Shown here one piece after another: positions 38,091-48,625 of a stretch of 64,000 nt of DNA. How positions within the stretch are numbered: the first letter of the stretch is position 1; each line of letters starts with the position of its first letter. Origin of the DNA: Capsulimonadales bacterium (lineage in GTDB: Bacteria; Armatimonadota; Armatimonadia; Armatimonadales; Armatimonadaceae); assembly GCA_033762295.1 (NCBI GenBank), contig JANRLW010000070.1, forward strand, positions 13,371-77,370, read 5' to 3'. Under the pieces are notes generated by a model. That model had not been told where the DNA came from. It saw nothing but the letters and a program-made list of their open reading frames with translations, and ran no database searches. The position numbers and the translations under genes are program-made.

Positions 38091-40244
38091 ATGAACTCTC
38101 TGCCATCCGGTTATGAGGAACGCGTCTACGCCGGCGTTCTCGGCAAAATCATCGGCGTCTATCTGGGACGGCCGTTCGAGGGCTGGAACCATCGAAAGAT
38201 CGAGGAGGAACTCGGCGAGATCCATTACTACGTCCACGAAAAGCGCGGAACGCGCCTGATCGTCGCCGATGATGATATCTCCGGCACCTTCACCTTTGTC
38301 CGCGCCCTCCAGGACCATAACGCCGGGTACCAGCTGACGGCCGAGCAGATCGGGAAGACCTGGCTCAACTACCTGATCGAGAAGAAGACCGTCCTCTGGT
38401 GGGGCGGAATGGGAGTCTCCACCGAACACACCGCCTATAATCGACTCAAGGCCGGTGTCCCCGCCCCGAACTCCGGCAGCATCGCGCTCAATGGCCCGGT
38501 GGTCGCCGAACAGATCGGCGCGCAGATCTTTATCGACGCCTGGGCCATGGTCTGCCCCGGTGACCCCGATAAGGCCGTCGCCCTCGCGGGAAAAGCGGCC
38601 AGCGTCTCTCATGACGGAGAGGCGATCTATGGCGCACAGATCATCGCCGCCATCGAGTCCATGGCCTTTGTCGAAGACGACCTGCTGACCCTGATACGGC
38701 AGGCCATGGCCTATATCCCTCGCTCCTCCGTCATCCATACCCTGATCGAGGATATGCTCGCCTGGAAGGAAGCCGAGCCCAACGACTGGCGCGCCACCTT
38801 CCGCAAAATCGAGGACAAGTACGGCTACGATAAGTACGGCGGCGGCTGCCACATGGTCCCCAACCACGCCGTCATCCTCCTGGGTCTGCTCTATGGCGAT
38901 AACGACTTCCAGAAAGCGCTCATGGTGACCAACACCGCCGGATGGGACACCGACTGCAACTCCGCCAACGTCGGCTGTATCATGGGTATCAAGAACGGAC
39001 TGGACGGCATCAACGCCTCGGTCGATTTCCGAACCCCGGTCGCCGACCGGCTCTACCTGCCGACCGCCGATGGCGGACGCTGTATCACCGATGCCGTCCG
39101 GGAAACCTTCGCCCTCATCAACATCGCCCGGTCCCTCCAGGGACTGAAGCCGGTGACGCCCAATCAGGGCATGCGTTACCATTTCAATCTGCCCGGCTCC
39201 CTGCAGGGGTTCCGTTGTGAGGACAGCATCGAGTGCGCCGATGTCGTCCGCCTGGAAAATGTTCGCGCCGGCGAGAGCCGGATCGACGGACCGCCCGATG
39301 AACGTCTGCTGGCCATCCACTACCAGGGGGTCGGGCCGGGACGCGTCGCGCGTGTCGCCACCTGGACGTTCCTCCCCCCCGAGGACCTGAACGCCGGCGG
39401 GTACGGACTCGTCGCCACGCCGGTGCTCTACGCCGGGCAGATCGTTCGCGCCCGCCTGATCGCCGACGAAAGCAACCCGGCCCGCGCCGCCGTTCGCCTC
39501 TATCTCAAGGTCTACGGCAAGGACGATCGGCTCGAACAGGTCGACGGAGAGACCGTCCTTCTCGACAAAGGACAGGTTTTTCATGTCGAATGGAAAGTGC
39601 CCGATACCGGTGGACGACCGATCGCCGAAATCGGGGTGGAAGTCGGCGGAAACTCGCGCAGCGGAACCGTCTATCTCGACTGGCTCGGCTGGACCGGAAC
39701 ACCGCAACTGACCCTCGGGCGCAATACCGAGGGACGCGCCGGGCGACGCTCGTGGGTGGTCGCCGCCGATGAACTGCGCGAATGGGGCGTCTCCCGCAGT
39801 TTCGCCGTCGTCCAGAACGACGGCACGGGCATGGTCTACACCGGAACCGACGAATGGACCGATTACTCCATGAGCGTCGAAGCCCATGCGCATCTGGCCG
39901 AAGCCTGGGGAATCGTCGCCTGCGTACGCGGTCTGCGACGCTACGTCGCCCTCGCCCTCGACCGTCAGGGCGAACAGGGACGACTGCGACTGATCGAACG
40001 ATACGATGAGGAGGAGCGGTGTCTCGCGGAAGCCGCGCTCCCCTGGGAACTCTATACCACCGTTTCCTTCTCGCTCACCGTTCACCGGGAGGGAAGCCTG
40101 ACCGCCATCTGCACCGGTGGCGATTGCACCGTGACTCTGGACACGCCACTGCCCGCCGAACGAGCCGCCGGCGCCGCCGGGTTCTTCGTGCAGGTCGGCC
40201 ATTGCCAGTTCGGCGATCTCGAGATCGAACCGGCCAACGCCTGA
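38091..40244 (+). CDS. ADP-ribosylglycohydrolase family protein with C-terminal beta domains
   Basis: GKIIGVYLGRPFEGW, ADDDISGT, SHDGEA, GWDTDCN. Confidence 0.85.
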   Translation: MNSLPSGYEERVYAGVLGKIIGVYLGRPFEGWNHRKIEEELGEIHYYVHEKRGTRLIVADDDISGTFTFVRALQDHNAGYQLTAEQIGKTWLNYLIEKKTVLWWGGMGVSTEHTAYNRLKAGVPAPNSGSIALNGPVVAEQIGAQIFIDAWAMVCPGDPDKAVALAGKAASVSHDGEAIYGAQIIAAIESMAFVEDDLLTLIRQAMAYIPRSSVIHTLIEDMLAWKEAEPNDWRATFRKIEDKYGYDKYGGGCHMVPNHAVILLGLLYGDNDFQKALMVTNTAGWDTDCNSANVGCIMGIKNGLDGINASVDFRTPVADRLYLPTADGGRCITDAVRETFALINIARSLQGLKPVTPNQGMRYHFNLPGSLQGFRCEDSIECADVVRLENVRAGESRIDGPPDERLLAIHYQGVGPGRVARVATWTFLPPEDLNAGGYGLVATPVLYAGQIVRARLIADESNPARAAVRLYLKVYGKDDRLEQVDGETVLLDKGQVFHVEWKVPDTGGRPIAEIGVEVGGNSRSGTVYLDWLGWTGTPQLTLGRNTEGRAGRRSWVVAADELREWGVSRSFAVVQNDGTGMVYTGTDEWTDYSMSVEAHAHLAEAWGIVACVRGLRRYVALALDRQGEQGRLRLIERYDEEERCLAEAALPWELYTTVSFSLTVHREGSLTAICTGGDCTVTLDTPLPAERAAGAAGFFVQVGHCQFGDLEIEPANA

Positions 40245-40472
40245 TACCGTGACGGATCGGGCGGGGGAATGGCCACCGCCCGGTCAGCGGACCGTGTCTC
40301 CTTTTGTTCCCGACATCCCGGTCGGGCCCTTGACATGCCGTCAGCGAACGGGTACACTGCCGACGAAAGCGAGAATCATTATTGATAAGCGGTTGGTCCG
40401 CCTCGCGTTTCATCGATCCACCGGCGCTCGTCCGGAACCCATTCCTGTAGAAAAATAGGAGCAGGACGTATC

Positions 40473-41033
40473 ATGTCGCTCGCTAAAGTAGGGCAGCCCG
40501 CCCCCGAATTTACCGCTCAGGTCGCCTACGCTTCCGACTCTCCCGCCGGAGAGGTGAAGTCCGTTTCCCTTTCCGATTTCCGCGGAAAGTGGCTCGTGTT
40601 CTTCTGGTACCCGCTCGACTTTACCTTCGTCTGCCCGACCGAGATCACCGCTCTGTCGGACCGCTACGAGGACTTTGAGGGCATCGGCGCGGAGATCCTG
40701 GGCGCTTCCACCGATTCGGTCTACTCCCATCGCGCCTGGCTGCGCACGTCCCGCACGGACAACGGGATCGAGGGCGTCAAGTTCGGCATCATCGCCGATA
40801 TGACCCAGCAGATCGCCGCCGATTACGGCGTTCTGATCGACGGTCAGGGAATCGCGCTTCGCGGTCTGTTCATCATCGACCCGGACGGCATTCTCCAGTA
40901 CGGCGTCATCAACAACCTGAACATCGGACGCTCCGTGGACGAGACCCTGCGCGTTCTGCAGGCCCTCCAGTCCGGCGGCCTTTGCCCGTCCGACTGGCGA
41001 CCGGGTATGAAGACCCTCGCCCCCGGCGAATAG
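40473..41033 (+). CDS. ahpC: 2-Cys peroxiredoxin (AhpC/TSA)
   Basis: YPLDFTFVCPTE, RGLFIIDP, GLCP. Confidence 0.92.
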   Translation: MSLAKVGQPAPEFTAQVAYASDSPAGEVKSVSLSDFRGKWLVFFWYPLDFTFVCPTEITALSDRYEDFEGIGAEILGASTDSVYSHRAWLRTSRTDNGIEGVKFGIIADMTQQIAADYGVLIDGQGIALRGLFIIDPDGILQYGVINNLNIGRSVDETLRVLQALQSGGLCPSDWRPGMKTLAPGE

Positions 41034-41121
41034 GGATCGTGGGTGTCAGCCGTCTCCGGACCGCCGGCACCCAATGCCTGACACCCCATGTCTGACATCT
41101 TCCCTGAAAGGATGTTTTCGG

Positions 41122-41577
41122 ATGGCTTTGCGAATCGGAACGGAACTGCCGTCGCTGGACGGCGCGACGGAGTGGCAGGGGGGCAGCGTCGAGCGTGACA
41201 CGCTGACCGGTTCCCCGACCCTCGTCCACTTCTGGTCCGTCTCCTGCTATATCTGCAAGAATAACCTGCCGACGCTGGAGGAGTGGCAGAAGACCTACGG
41301 CCCGAAAGGGCTCAAGGTCGTCGCCATCCACGCGCCCCGCGCCGAGGACGAAACCGATACCGAACGGGTGAAATCCGTACGCGAAGAGTTCGGAATGACG
41401 GAACCGTGCGCCGTCGATAATACCTTCGCCCTGGCCGACCGCTTCGAGATCGGCGGACTCTGGCCGCATTACTTCCTGTTCGGCAACGACGGCAAACTCA
41501 AGAGCCGGGCCGCCGGCAATGCCGGCCTGACCATGATCGGCACCGCGCTGAAAAAACTGCTCGATACCCCGGCCTGA
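41122..41577 (+). CDS. TlpA/YkuV-like redoxin
   Basis: HFWSVSCYICK thioredoxin-fold motif; adjacent to the peroxiredoxin. Confidence 0.85.
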   Translation: MALRIGTELPSLDGATEWQGGSVERDTLTGSPTLVHFWSVSCYICKNNLPTLEEWQKTYGPKGLKVVAIHAPRAEDETDTERVKSVREEFGMTEPCAVDNTFALADRFEIGGLWPHYFLFGNDGKLKSRAAGNAGLTMIGTALKKLLDTPA

Positions 41578-41696
41578 AACCCGAAGGATCGCTCCGGGAC
41601 GGCATCCGCCCGACCTCCGGTATTTCGTAACGAAGTTCCTTGCGTCGAAGGGCGCGCATTGAGCCCGGACCCGGAAGGAGCAGGTACAATTCGCGC

Positions 41697-42710
41697 ATGG
41701 GCGACCGGGAGTACCATCGTTTCGGTTCGGAGGAACTGTATCGGACGCAGGAGATAAGGTATGCGCCGGACACCGTCCGGCGCATCGCGCTGGCGCTCGG
41801 CCCGACACCGCCCGACGACGCCCGACACCTCCTCGCCCCCGTATCCCTCCCGCCGCCCTTCCCACCCCTGCCCGATGGCCCCCTGCCCGCCACCGAGTTT
41901 GTCGTCGAACTGGTCGGTCGCTACCCGATCTCCGCCGCCGCGCTGTCACAGGCTTTTCCGCCCGGCGGGACCGGGTTGGGATTCGGACGCCTCCGGATAC
42001 AACGGGAACGATCTCAGGGCCGGTGGTCGCCGTTCGACCGCGAACGGATCGACGGACGTATCGAGGGGATCGCGTTCTCCTGGGAACTGGCCTCACTGCT
42101 CACCGAGGGAACGGAGGCCGTCCGGGAACTCGCCGGTTATCTGCTCCGCACCGAGGAGATCGCCGGACGCCTTTTCCTGCAAACTGCCCCGTCCGACACG
42201 CCGGAGGAGGCCGCCGTCCGCGCCGCCCGGCTGGCGGAGATCAAACGTCGCTTCGCCCGATCGGTCGAGATGCGGCTGCTGCCGCAGGGACGCTCCTTCC
42301 CGACGCGGGCGGTCTGGCGACACGCCTATGCGCTCGGACTGCGCTGGGGCGACCTCGACCTCTTCCACTGGCACGATCCGGTGGCGGACCTCCGTCTCTT
42401 CTCGCTGAACGCTCTGGGGCATCCCGGCTACTTCCTGCCCGAACGCGCGGCGGAGGGAGAGGGAACGGCAGGAATCGCCCTGTCGTTCGAACTGCCTCGC
42501 TGCCCCGCGCCGATCGAAACGTACGATCGTATGGGCGTCGCTCTGGCCTACCTGCGCCAGCACCTCGGGGGTCGCCCGCAGACCGGCGACGGCCGGGAAC
42601 TCGACGCCGATCGGCTTTATGACGACCGGGATGCGCTGGACGACGCCGTGCGCGAGATGAACCGGTTCGGTATCGCCCCTGGCTCTCCCACCGCCGTCCG
42701 CTTTTTTTGA
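41697..42710 (+). CDS. Protein with ZipA C-terminal-like domain
   Basis: GLRWGDLDLFH...LFSL....PGYF...GIALSFELP...YDRM...LRQHLGG. Confidence 0.55.
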   Translation: MGDREYHRFGSEELYRTQEIRYAPDTVRRIALALGPTPPDDARHLLAPVSLPPPFPPLPDGPLPATEFVVELVGRYPISAAALSQAFPPGGTGLGFGRLRIQRERSQGRWSPFDRERIDGRIEGIAFSWELASLLTEGTEAVRELAGYLLRTEEIAGRLFLQTAPSDTPEEAAVRAARLAEIKRRFARSVEMRLLPQGRSFPTRAVWRHAYALGLRWGDLDLFHWHDPVADLRLFSLNALGHPGYFLPERAAEGEGTAGIALSFELPRCPAPIETYDRMGVALAYLRQHLGGRPQTGDGRELDADRLYDDRDALDDAVREMNRFGIAPGSPTAVRFF

Positions 42711-42720
42711 AAGATCGACA

Positions 42721-42939
42721 TCAGTCCGGGTCGGTCGTGCGCGGTATCTGATTCCAGAAGATCGCGTCCTCGGCGTAAAGCGGGCGCGGACGATGAACGC
42801 GCAGGCGGGTCTGCGGGTTCACCTGCTCTTCCTGCTTCTCAATCATCACTACCACAGGCGTATGGTCGGGCACCTTGACGTCCGGTGAAAGGCGGATAAT
42901 CCCCTCTTCGACAATCCCGGAAACGGCAACGAGAGACAT
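42721..42939 (-). CDS. Small DUF104/AF2212-like orphan antitoxin-type protein
   Basis: VSGIVEEGIIRLSPDVKVPDHTPVVVMI; GGAGG RBS. Confidence 0.5.
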   Translation of the reverse strand: MSLVAVSGIVEEGIIRLSPDVKVPDHTPVVVMIEKQEEQVNPQTRLRVHRPRPLYAEDAIFWNQIPRTTDPD

Positions 42940-43179
42940 GGTTTCGTTCCTCCTGTTTCCATCGTACAACCGGTTTCGGTCGATCGGACGCTGTCGTGCG
43001 CAAAATCCGCCGTTCGCAGGATAGCCCGTCGGGTTCCGGGAAACCTTTACCGCCGTCGCGCTTGCGGCTATACTGCTATACTGTGGATACCGTTCGCCCC
43101 GGACCGCCGGAAATCGCCGGAGATTGCCGAACATCACCGGGGCGAACGGGACGCAAACCTACCCGAGAAAACGATTTTT

Positions 43180-45822
43180 ATGCAAGCGCGTGAACTACGA
43201 AAGAAATATCTGGAATTTTTCGAGAGCAAGGGGGCGCTCCGTCTGCCCTCCGAATCGCTGGTATCGGACGACCCGACCCTGCTCTTTATCGTGGCCGGAA
43301 TGGTCCCTTTCAAAGCGTACTTTGAGGATCGCGCCGTGCCGCCCCGCCCCAGTGTGACGACGACGCAAAAGTGTCTGCGAACGAAGGACATCGAGGATAT
43401 CGGCGATATCTCCCACTGTACGTTCTTTGAAATGCTCGGCAACTTCTCGTTCGGCGACTATTTCCAGGCCGAAGCGATCGCCTGGGCCTGGGAGTTCCTG
43501 ACACAGGTGCTGAAACTCGATCCGCAGAACCTGCGCGTCACCATTTACCGGGACGACGAGGAGGCCTTCCGCCTCTGGCGCGAACAGGGACTGCCCGCCG
43601 AACGGATCACCCGCCTCGGACAGAAGACCAACTACTGGCCTGCGAACGCGATTCAGGAGCGGTCGCAGGGGCCGTGCGGCCCGTGCAGCGAGATCTTCTT
43701 CGACCTGAAGCCGGAACTGCCGTTCGATACCGACTGGGATGGCGAAGGAACGCGCTGGCTGGAAATCTGGAACCTGGTCTTCACTCAGTACACCGGGCGT
43801 GGCGAGGGCGAAAACTTCCGGCTGGTCCCGCTGCCCAAAAGGAATATCGACACCGGCATGGGGCTGGAGCGAACGGCGGCGGCGATCAATCGGCTGTCCG
43901 GACCGTTCGAAACCGATGTCCTGCGCCCGATCATCGCCCAACTGGAGACCCTCGCGGGCAAAGAGTACCGTTCCACCCCGGATAGCCCGGACGATATCGC
44001 CTTTCGCCGAATCGCCGACCACATCCGCGCGACCGCGTTCCTGCTCTCGGACGGCGTGACTCCGGACCGCTCCGGTCGGGGATACGTCCTGCGTCGCCTG
44101 ATGCGCCGCGCCATCGTCGCCGGTATCCGTCGTCTCGGGTTCGAGCAGCGCCCGTTCCTGCACGAAGCGATTCCGACCGTGATCGAAGTGATGGGCGATG
44201 CCTATCCGGACCTGGTCGAACGCCGGAAGGCGATCCTCGATGCCGTACAGCAGGAAGAGACGCTGTTCCGCCGGACGCTGCAGAACGGACTGGTGCGGCT
44301 GGACGAGGAACTGGCTCTCGGCGAACTGACCGGACGACGGGCATTCTATCTGTACGAAACCTTCGGGTTGCCCTTCGAAATCACGAGTGAGATCGCCGCC
44401 GAACGAGGTCTCAGCATCGACCGGGAAACCTACGACGAGGCGGAGGAGGATGCCCGACAGCGGTCGCGCGCCGTCTCGGAACTCGGGGGCACCTGGGAAG
44501 CCGTCTCGGACGAGGCGAAGGAACTGCTCCGATCCGTTCCGCTCACCCGGTTCGTCGGGTACGAGACACCGGAGACGACCGCGCGGATTCTGGGCATTCT
44601 GGCCGAGGGAAACCCGGTCGAGCGGATCATCGAGGGTCAGTCGGCCGAAATCCTGCTGGATGCCACGCCGTTCTATGCCGAATCGGGTGGTCAGGTCGGT
44701 GATGCCGGTTCGCTGCGCGGCGCCCTCGGCGGATTCACGGTCGCCGACACGGTCAAGAAAAACGGCCTCTGGTTCCACCGGGGAACGGTGGCGACCGGTA
44801 CGCTGTCGGTCGGCGACGGGGTGGCGGCGGAAGTCGATAGCGATCGTCGCCGCGACATCATGCGCAATCACACGGCAACGCACCTGCTGCATAAGGCGTT
44901 GCGCTCCCGGCTCGGAGCGCACGTCCAGCAGCGTGGTTCCCTGGTCGCTCCGGACCGGCTTCGGTTCGACTTCGCTCACGGCGCACAGATGACCCCGGAG
45001 GAACTGCGCGATGTCGAGAACGAGGTGAACGAGGCGATTCTTTCGGAACTGCCGGTGGAGATCGCCGAGAAGCCGATCGAGGAGGCGCGTCAACTCGGAG
45101 CGATGATGCTGTTCGGAGAGAAGTACGGCGACGTTGTTCGGGTGGTCTCGGTCGGGGGGGATTACTCCCGGGAGTTCTGCGGCGGGACCCACGTCACCAA
45201 TACGGCCCGAATCGGTCCGTTCCGCCTGGTCTCGGAGGGATCGGCGGCGGCGGGCGTTCGGCGGGTCGAAGCGCTGACCGGGCGTGGCGCGGAAGCGTTC
45301 GACCTGGCCAACTTCGACGCGTTGAAACGGGTGGCTTCCCTGCTCGGCGTCCGGGCGACCGACGCGCCGGAAGCGGTCGAGCGGTTGCTCGCCGACCTGA
45401 AGGCGACGCGGGACGCGCTGACGAAGGCCCGGCAGGCGCAGAGCGGCAGCCGGGCGGCGCAGCTGGTGGAGTCGGCTCGGACGCTCGCCGGCTTGCCCGT
45501 CGTCGTGACCGCCGTCGAGGACGTGGAGGACGGCGCGGCCCTGTCCGCCCTGGTCGACGACGTGCTGAACCGGCTCAAATCGGGAGCGGTCCTGCTGGCG
45601 GCGGAGATCGACGGAAAGATCGTCTTCGTCGCCAAGGCGGCGAAGGACGCCGTCGGCAAAGGGGCGCATGCCGGCCATCTGGTCAAGGCGGCGGCGCAGG
45701 TCGCGGGCGGCGGCGGCGGCGGACGTCCCGACTTCGCACAGGCCGGTGGCAAGGACCCGGACAAACTCGGGGAGGCGCTGGCCGCCGCGGAGGCGACACT
45801 GACCCGGCAACTGGAGGGTTGA
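43180..45822 (+). CDS. alaS: Alanine--tRNA ligase
   Basis: DPTLLF..AGMVPFK, FFEMLGNFSFGDYF, IDTGMGLER, NHTATHLLH, EFCGGTHV, GGGRPDFAQAGG. Confidence 0.98.
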   Translation: MQARELRKKYLEFFESKGALRLPSESLVSDDPTLLFIVAGMVPFKAYFEDRAVPPRPSVTTTQKCLRTKDIEDIGDISHCTFFEMLGNFSFGDYFQAEAIAWAWEFLTQVLKLDPQNLRVTIYRDDEEAFRLWREQGLPAERITRLGQKTNYWPANAIQERSQGPCGPCSEIFFDLKPELPFDTDWDGEGTRWLEIWNLVFTQYTGRGEGENFRLVPLPKRNIDTGMGLERTAAAINRLSGPFETDVLRPIIAQLETLAGKEYRSTPDSPDDIAFRRIADHIRATAFLLSDGVTPDRSGRGYVLRRLMRRAIVAGIRRLGFEQRPFLHEAIPTVIEVMGDAYPDLVERRKAILDAVQQEETLFRRTLQNGLVRLDEELALGELTGRRAFYLYETFGLPFEITSEIAAERGLSIDRETYDEAEEDARQRSRAVSELGGTWEAVSDEAKELLRSVPLTRFVGYETPETTARILGILAEGNPVERIIEGQSAEILLDATPFYAESGGQVGDAGSLRGALGGFTVADTVKKNGLWFHRGTVATGTLSVGDGVAAEVDSDRRRDIMRNHTATHLLHKALRSRLGAHVQQRGSLVAPDRLRFDFAHGAQMTPEELRDVENEVNEAILSELPVEIAEKPIEEARQLGAMMLFGEKYGDVVRVVSVGGDYSREFCGGTHVTNTARIGPFRLVSEGSAAAGVRRVEALTGRGAEAFDLANFDALKRVASLLGVRATDAPEAVERLLADLKATRDALTKARQAQSGSRAAQLVESARTLAGLPVVVTAVEDVEDGAALSALVDDVLNRLKSGAVLLAAEIDGKIVFVAKAAKDAVGKGAHAGHLVKAAAQVAGGGGGGRPDFAQAGGKDPDKLGEALAAAEATLTRQLEG

Positions 45823-45846
45823 GGACTGGAAACCTTCGGTCGGCGG

Positions 45847-46938
45847 GTGAGGGCGGTCGGCGTGACGCTGCTGCTCGGAGCGCTTGCCTTCGGCGGGGCG
45901 ACCTGGGCCGCTCCGCCGAAGCTCGTGTTGCTGCTCGTCACCGGCGTGTCCGCCGCCGACGTCGCGCCGGGCGGCCCCTATGAGAAACTGAGGACGCTGG
46001 CGGAAAGGGGAAGCGTCGGGCTGGCCGAGATCGGTTTGCCCGGCGAACCGACCGAGGCGGCGGCGTTCCTGACCGTCGGGGCGGGTGTCCCGCTGGCCGT
46101 CCCGGACAAAGCCGGGCCGCGCGTCCGGGAGGGCGGGATCGACCTGACCATGGCCGAGGTCGCGACCCTGGTATTCCGTTCCGACACGCGGGAGGGCGCG
46201 GTCGTCTGCCGGGGGTATCGCAAGCGGTACGGCCGGTACGCACCGCTTCGCTCCCGGATCGTCCATCTGGGAGTCGGAACGCTGAGTCGCCTTCCGGAGA
46301 ACGCCCGGTCCGCAGGGAGGATCGGCGAACTCGGCGAACGCTGGAAGCGGGCCGGAAAACGAGTGCGCGTCGTCGGAAACTGGGCGGGCGTCCTCGTTGC
46401 CATGGACCGCCGTTACGCCGTCTATGATGGCTCGTTACGGACGCTCGCCCCGCGCGAGATCGGGAAAGTCCTGAAGCCGTGTGATATTCTGGTCGTCTCG
46501 GAGGACCGTCCCCGCCAGGGCCTGACCCTCGCTATGGCCCTGGAAAAGCTGGCGCGCCGGCAAGAGATCCATGCCGTGATCCTCTGCCTGCCGCGTCCCC
46601 TGGCCGACAACCCGACGCCCGGACTGGTGTTCGGACTAGGCCCCTCCTTTCCGCCCGACACCGTCCTGACCGGCAACCGGGAAGGGTGGGCGGCGTTGAC
46701 GGATCTCGCGCCCACCCTTTCGCGTCTCGCCGGAACGGAATTCGCGACGGATTCCGGGCGACCGCTCCGGGCGACCGGGGTCGTCGGCGGCAGCATGGCC
46801 CGGATTGAGGGGCACCTGAAATGGCACGAGTTCGTTCGGCACTGGGGACTCGTTTTCCAGGTCGTCTTCTGGGGAACGGCGCTGGCGCTTTCCTGGCTCG
46901 TCCTGGCGGCGGCGTTCACCCGATGGCGACGGCGGTGA
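45847..46938 (+). CDS. Hypothetical exported protein with C-terminal TM
   Basis: Signal peptide, LTDLAPT (alkaline-phosphatase-like), C-terminal TM plus RRR. Confidence 0.6.
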   Translation: MRAVGVTLLLGALAFGGATWAAPPKLVLLLVTGVSAADVAPGGPYEKLRTLAERGSVGLAEIGLPGEPTEAAAFLTVGAGVPLAVPDKAGPRVREGGIDLTMAEVATLVFRSDTREGAVVCRGYRKRYGRYAPLRSRIVHLGVGTLSRLPENARSAGRIGELGERWKRAGKRVRVVGNWAGVLVAMDRRYAVYDGSLRTLAPREIGKVLKPCDILVVSEDRPRQGLTLAMALEKLARRQEIHAVILCLPRPLADNPTPGLVFGLGPSFPPDTVLTGNREGWAALTDLAPTLSRLAGTEFATDSGRPLRATGVVGGSMARIEGHLKWHEFVRHWGLVFQVVFWGTALALSWLVLAAAFTRWRRR

Positions 46939-46952
46939 CGGAAGGAGCGGCG

Positions 46953-47420
46953 ATGCGTTTTCTGGGGGTGGATTACGGAACGAAGCGGGTCGGCCTGGCG
47001 GTGGCGGAGGATCCCGGTCTGGGCGCGTATCCGCTGACGACCCTGCACCGCTCCCGCTCCCTGAATCATGATCTGGGGGAGATCGTCCGTCTGGCGAAGA
47101 AAGAGGAGATCGACGCGATGGTCGTCGGCCTGCCGGTCAACGCCGACGGGACGGAAGGACCCGCCGCCCGCAACGCCACACAGTTCGCGCGCTCCCTGCT
47201 CAAACACACGACGTTGCCGGTCTACCTGTTCGATGAGTTCCTGACGACGGCGGAGGCGGAGGAGGAACTGCTGGCGGCGGATGTCTCCCGTCGGAAACGG
47301 CGCGAGGTCATCGACCGGATGGCGGCCGTCCACCTGCTGGAAGGCTTCCTGCGCGCCCGCCGCGAGAACAAGATCGCCCCACCGCTCGAAAGAAAGCCCG
47401 CCCCGTCCCCGGAATCCTAG
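46953..47420 (+). CDS. ruvX: Holliday junction resolvase RuvX / YqgF
   Basis: MRFLGVDYGTKRVGLAV, VVGLP, DEFLTT, IDRMAA. Confidence 0.93.
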   Translation: MRFLGVDYGTKRVGLAVAEDPGLGAYPLTTLHRSRSLNHDLGEIVRLAKKEEIDAMVVGLPVNADGTEGPAARNATQFARSLLKHTTLPVYLFDEFLTTAEAEEELLAADVSRRKRREVIDRMAAVHLLEGFLRARRENKIAPPLERKPAPSPES

Positions 47421-48625
47421 ATGATCTTGTTGAAGCCCTTGACCTCGCGAACCGGCGTCCGAAGCTGGGTGAGCCAGGCTTTTACGGCGTCGCGAAACTC
47501 CGACGGCCAGCGCGGGTTCATGAACGGTTTCTCGGTGATCAGGAAAAGCGCCGCGCAGATCGCCAGAATGATCGGAGAGAGGACGACGAACTGTAGCAGA
47601 ACATTCGGCAGGAAGAAGGAAGTGAGGCGCGGAAGGTGTTGCGTCACCGGAATCAACGCCGACATGATCTGGGAGTGGTAGAGGTAGATCGTATAGCACA
47701 TGCCGCCGACCACGGTCACGAACGGAAGCCGCAGGAACCGACCGAAACCGTTCCCGCGGAATCCGGCCACGACAATACCGCAGAGCAGGATCGGTGTGAC
47801 GATTTCCAGGAGGGTCGCATTTTGCGGCAGATACTGAGTCCCGAGCAAAAGAGCGACCGAAACCAGTCCGACCACGTCCCAGGCGCGTGTTCGGGGCAGG
47901 TCGGCGGTCCGGGTGGTGCAGTAGAGGTCGGCCAGGCCCATGCCGAGGACGAAGTAGGCGATCCGGCTGATGACGCACCAGGGAATCGTCTGCGAGAAGA
48001 AGGACTGGAACGGCGCAAGAACGGGAATAAGTAAAAACGGAATCGCATAGCGAACGTGCGTCCGACGAACCGAATAGAGCCGGTGCGCCAGAAACGGAGC
48101 GATCAGGTAGAATTGGACCTCATACTCCAGCGACCAGGTGACGTAGTTAATGGTGCTCGGCTCCTGGTAGATCAGGGTATGGGCATAAAGGATGCTGGCC
48201 AGGAAATGCGGCAGCATCGTTCCGGCGTCGTACTGCCGGAAAAGGAGAAGGGCGGAGGCCACCAGACAGAGATTGATCAGAAACGGTGGCTCGATTCGGG
48301 TAAAACGACGGAGAAAATAGGAACGCAGCTCCACTTTTTTGCCGTCACGAAGGTAGAACTGCGCAAAGGGCAATCCCAGAATGAACCCGCTGACGATAAA
48401 GAACAGCAGAACCCCCAGTTCGCTGCGTCGGAACAGCGGAAGGGCGAGCGACAGGTTCTCGGAAGCGAACGTGGCGCTCAGATGATGTGTCATCCATCCG
48501 GCGATGTGAATGATGATGACATGAAGAACGGCCAGGAAGCGCAGGCCGTCGATCTCGGGAATATAGCGACCGGAAGTGGTAATACGGGAAAATCGGGAGA
48601 GAAAAGACGAAAGGCGGTTGGGCAT
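47417..48625 (-). CDS. Acyltransferase-3 family protein
   Basis: IDGLRFLAV, GVLLFFIVSGFIL, RRFTRIEPP, WSLEYEVQFY, YTIYLYH. Confidence 0.9.
   Translation of the reverse strand: MPNRLSSFLSRFSRITTSGRYIPEIDGLRFLAVLHVIIIHIAGWMTHHLSATFASENLSLALPLFRRSELGVLLFFIVSGFILGLPFAQFYLRDGKKVELRSYFLRRFTRIEPPFLINLCLVASALLLFRQYDAGTMLPHFLASILYAHTLIYQEPSTINYVTWSLEYEVQFYLIAPFLAHRLYSVRRTHVRYAIPFLLIPVLAPFQSFFSQTIPWCVISRIAYFVLGMGLADLYCTTRTADLPRTRAWDVVGLVSVALLLGTQYLPQNATLLEIVTPILLCGIVVAGFRGNGFGRFLRLPFVTVVGGMCYTIYLYHSQIMSALIPVTQHLPRLTSFFLPNVLLQFVVLSPIILAICAALFLITEKPFMNPRWPSEFRDAVKAWLTQLRTPVREVKGFNKII

Noticed and set aside
43060..43179. T-box riboswitch upstream of alaS
   Set aside because: A GC hairpin (CCGTTCGCCCCGG...CCGGGGCGAACGG) exists, but no TGGNACC T-box motif or terminator, and the leader is short
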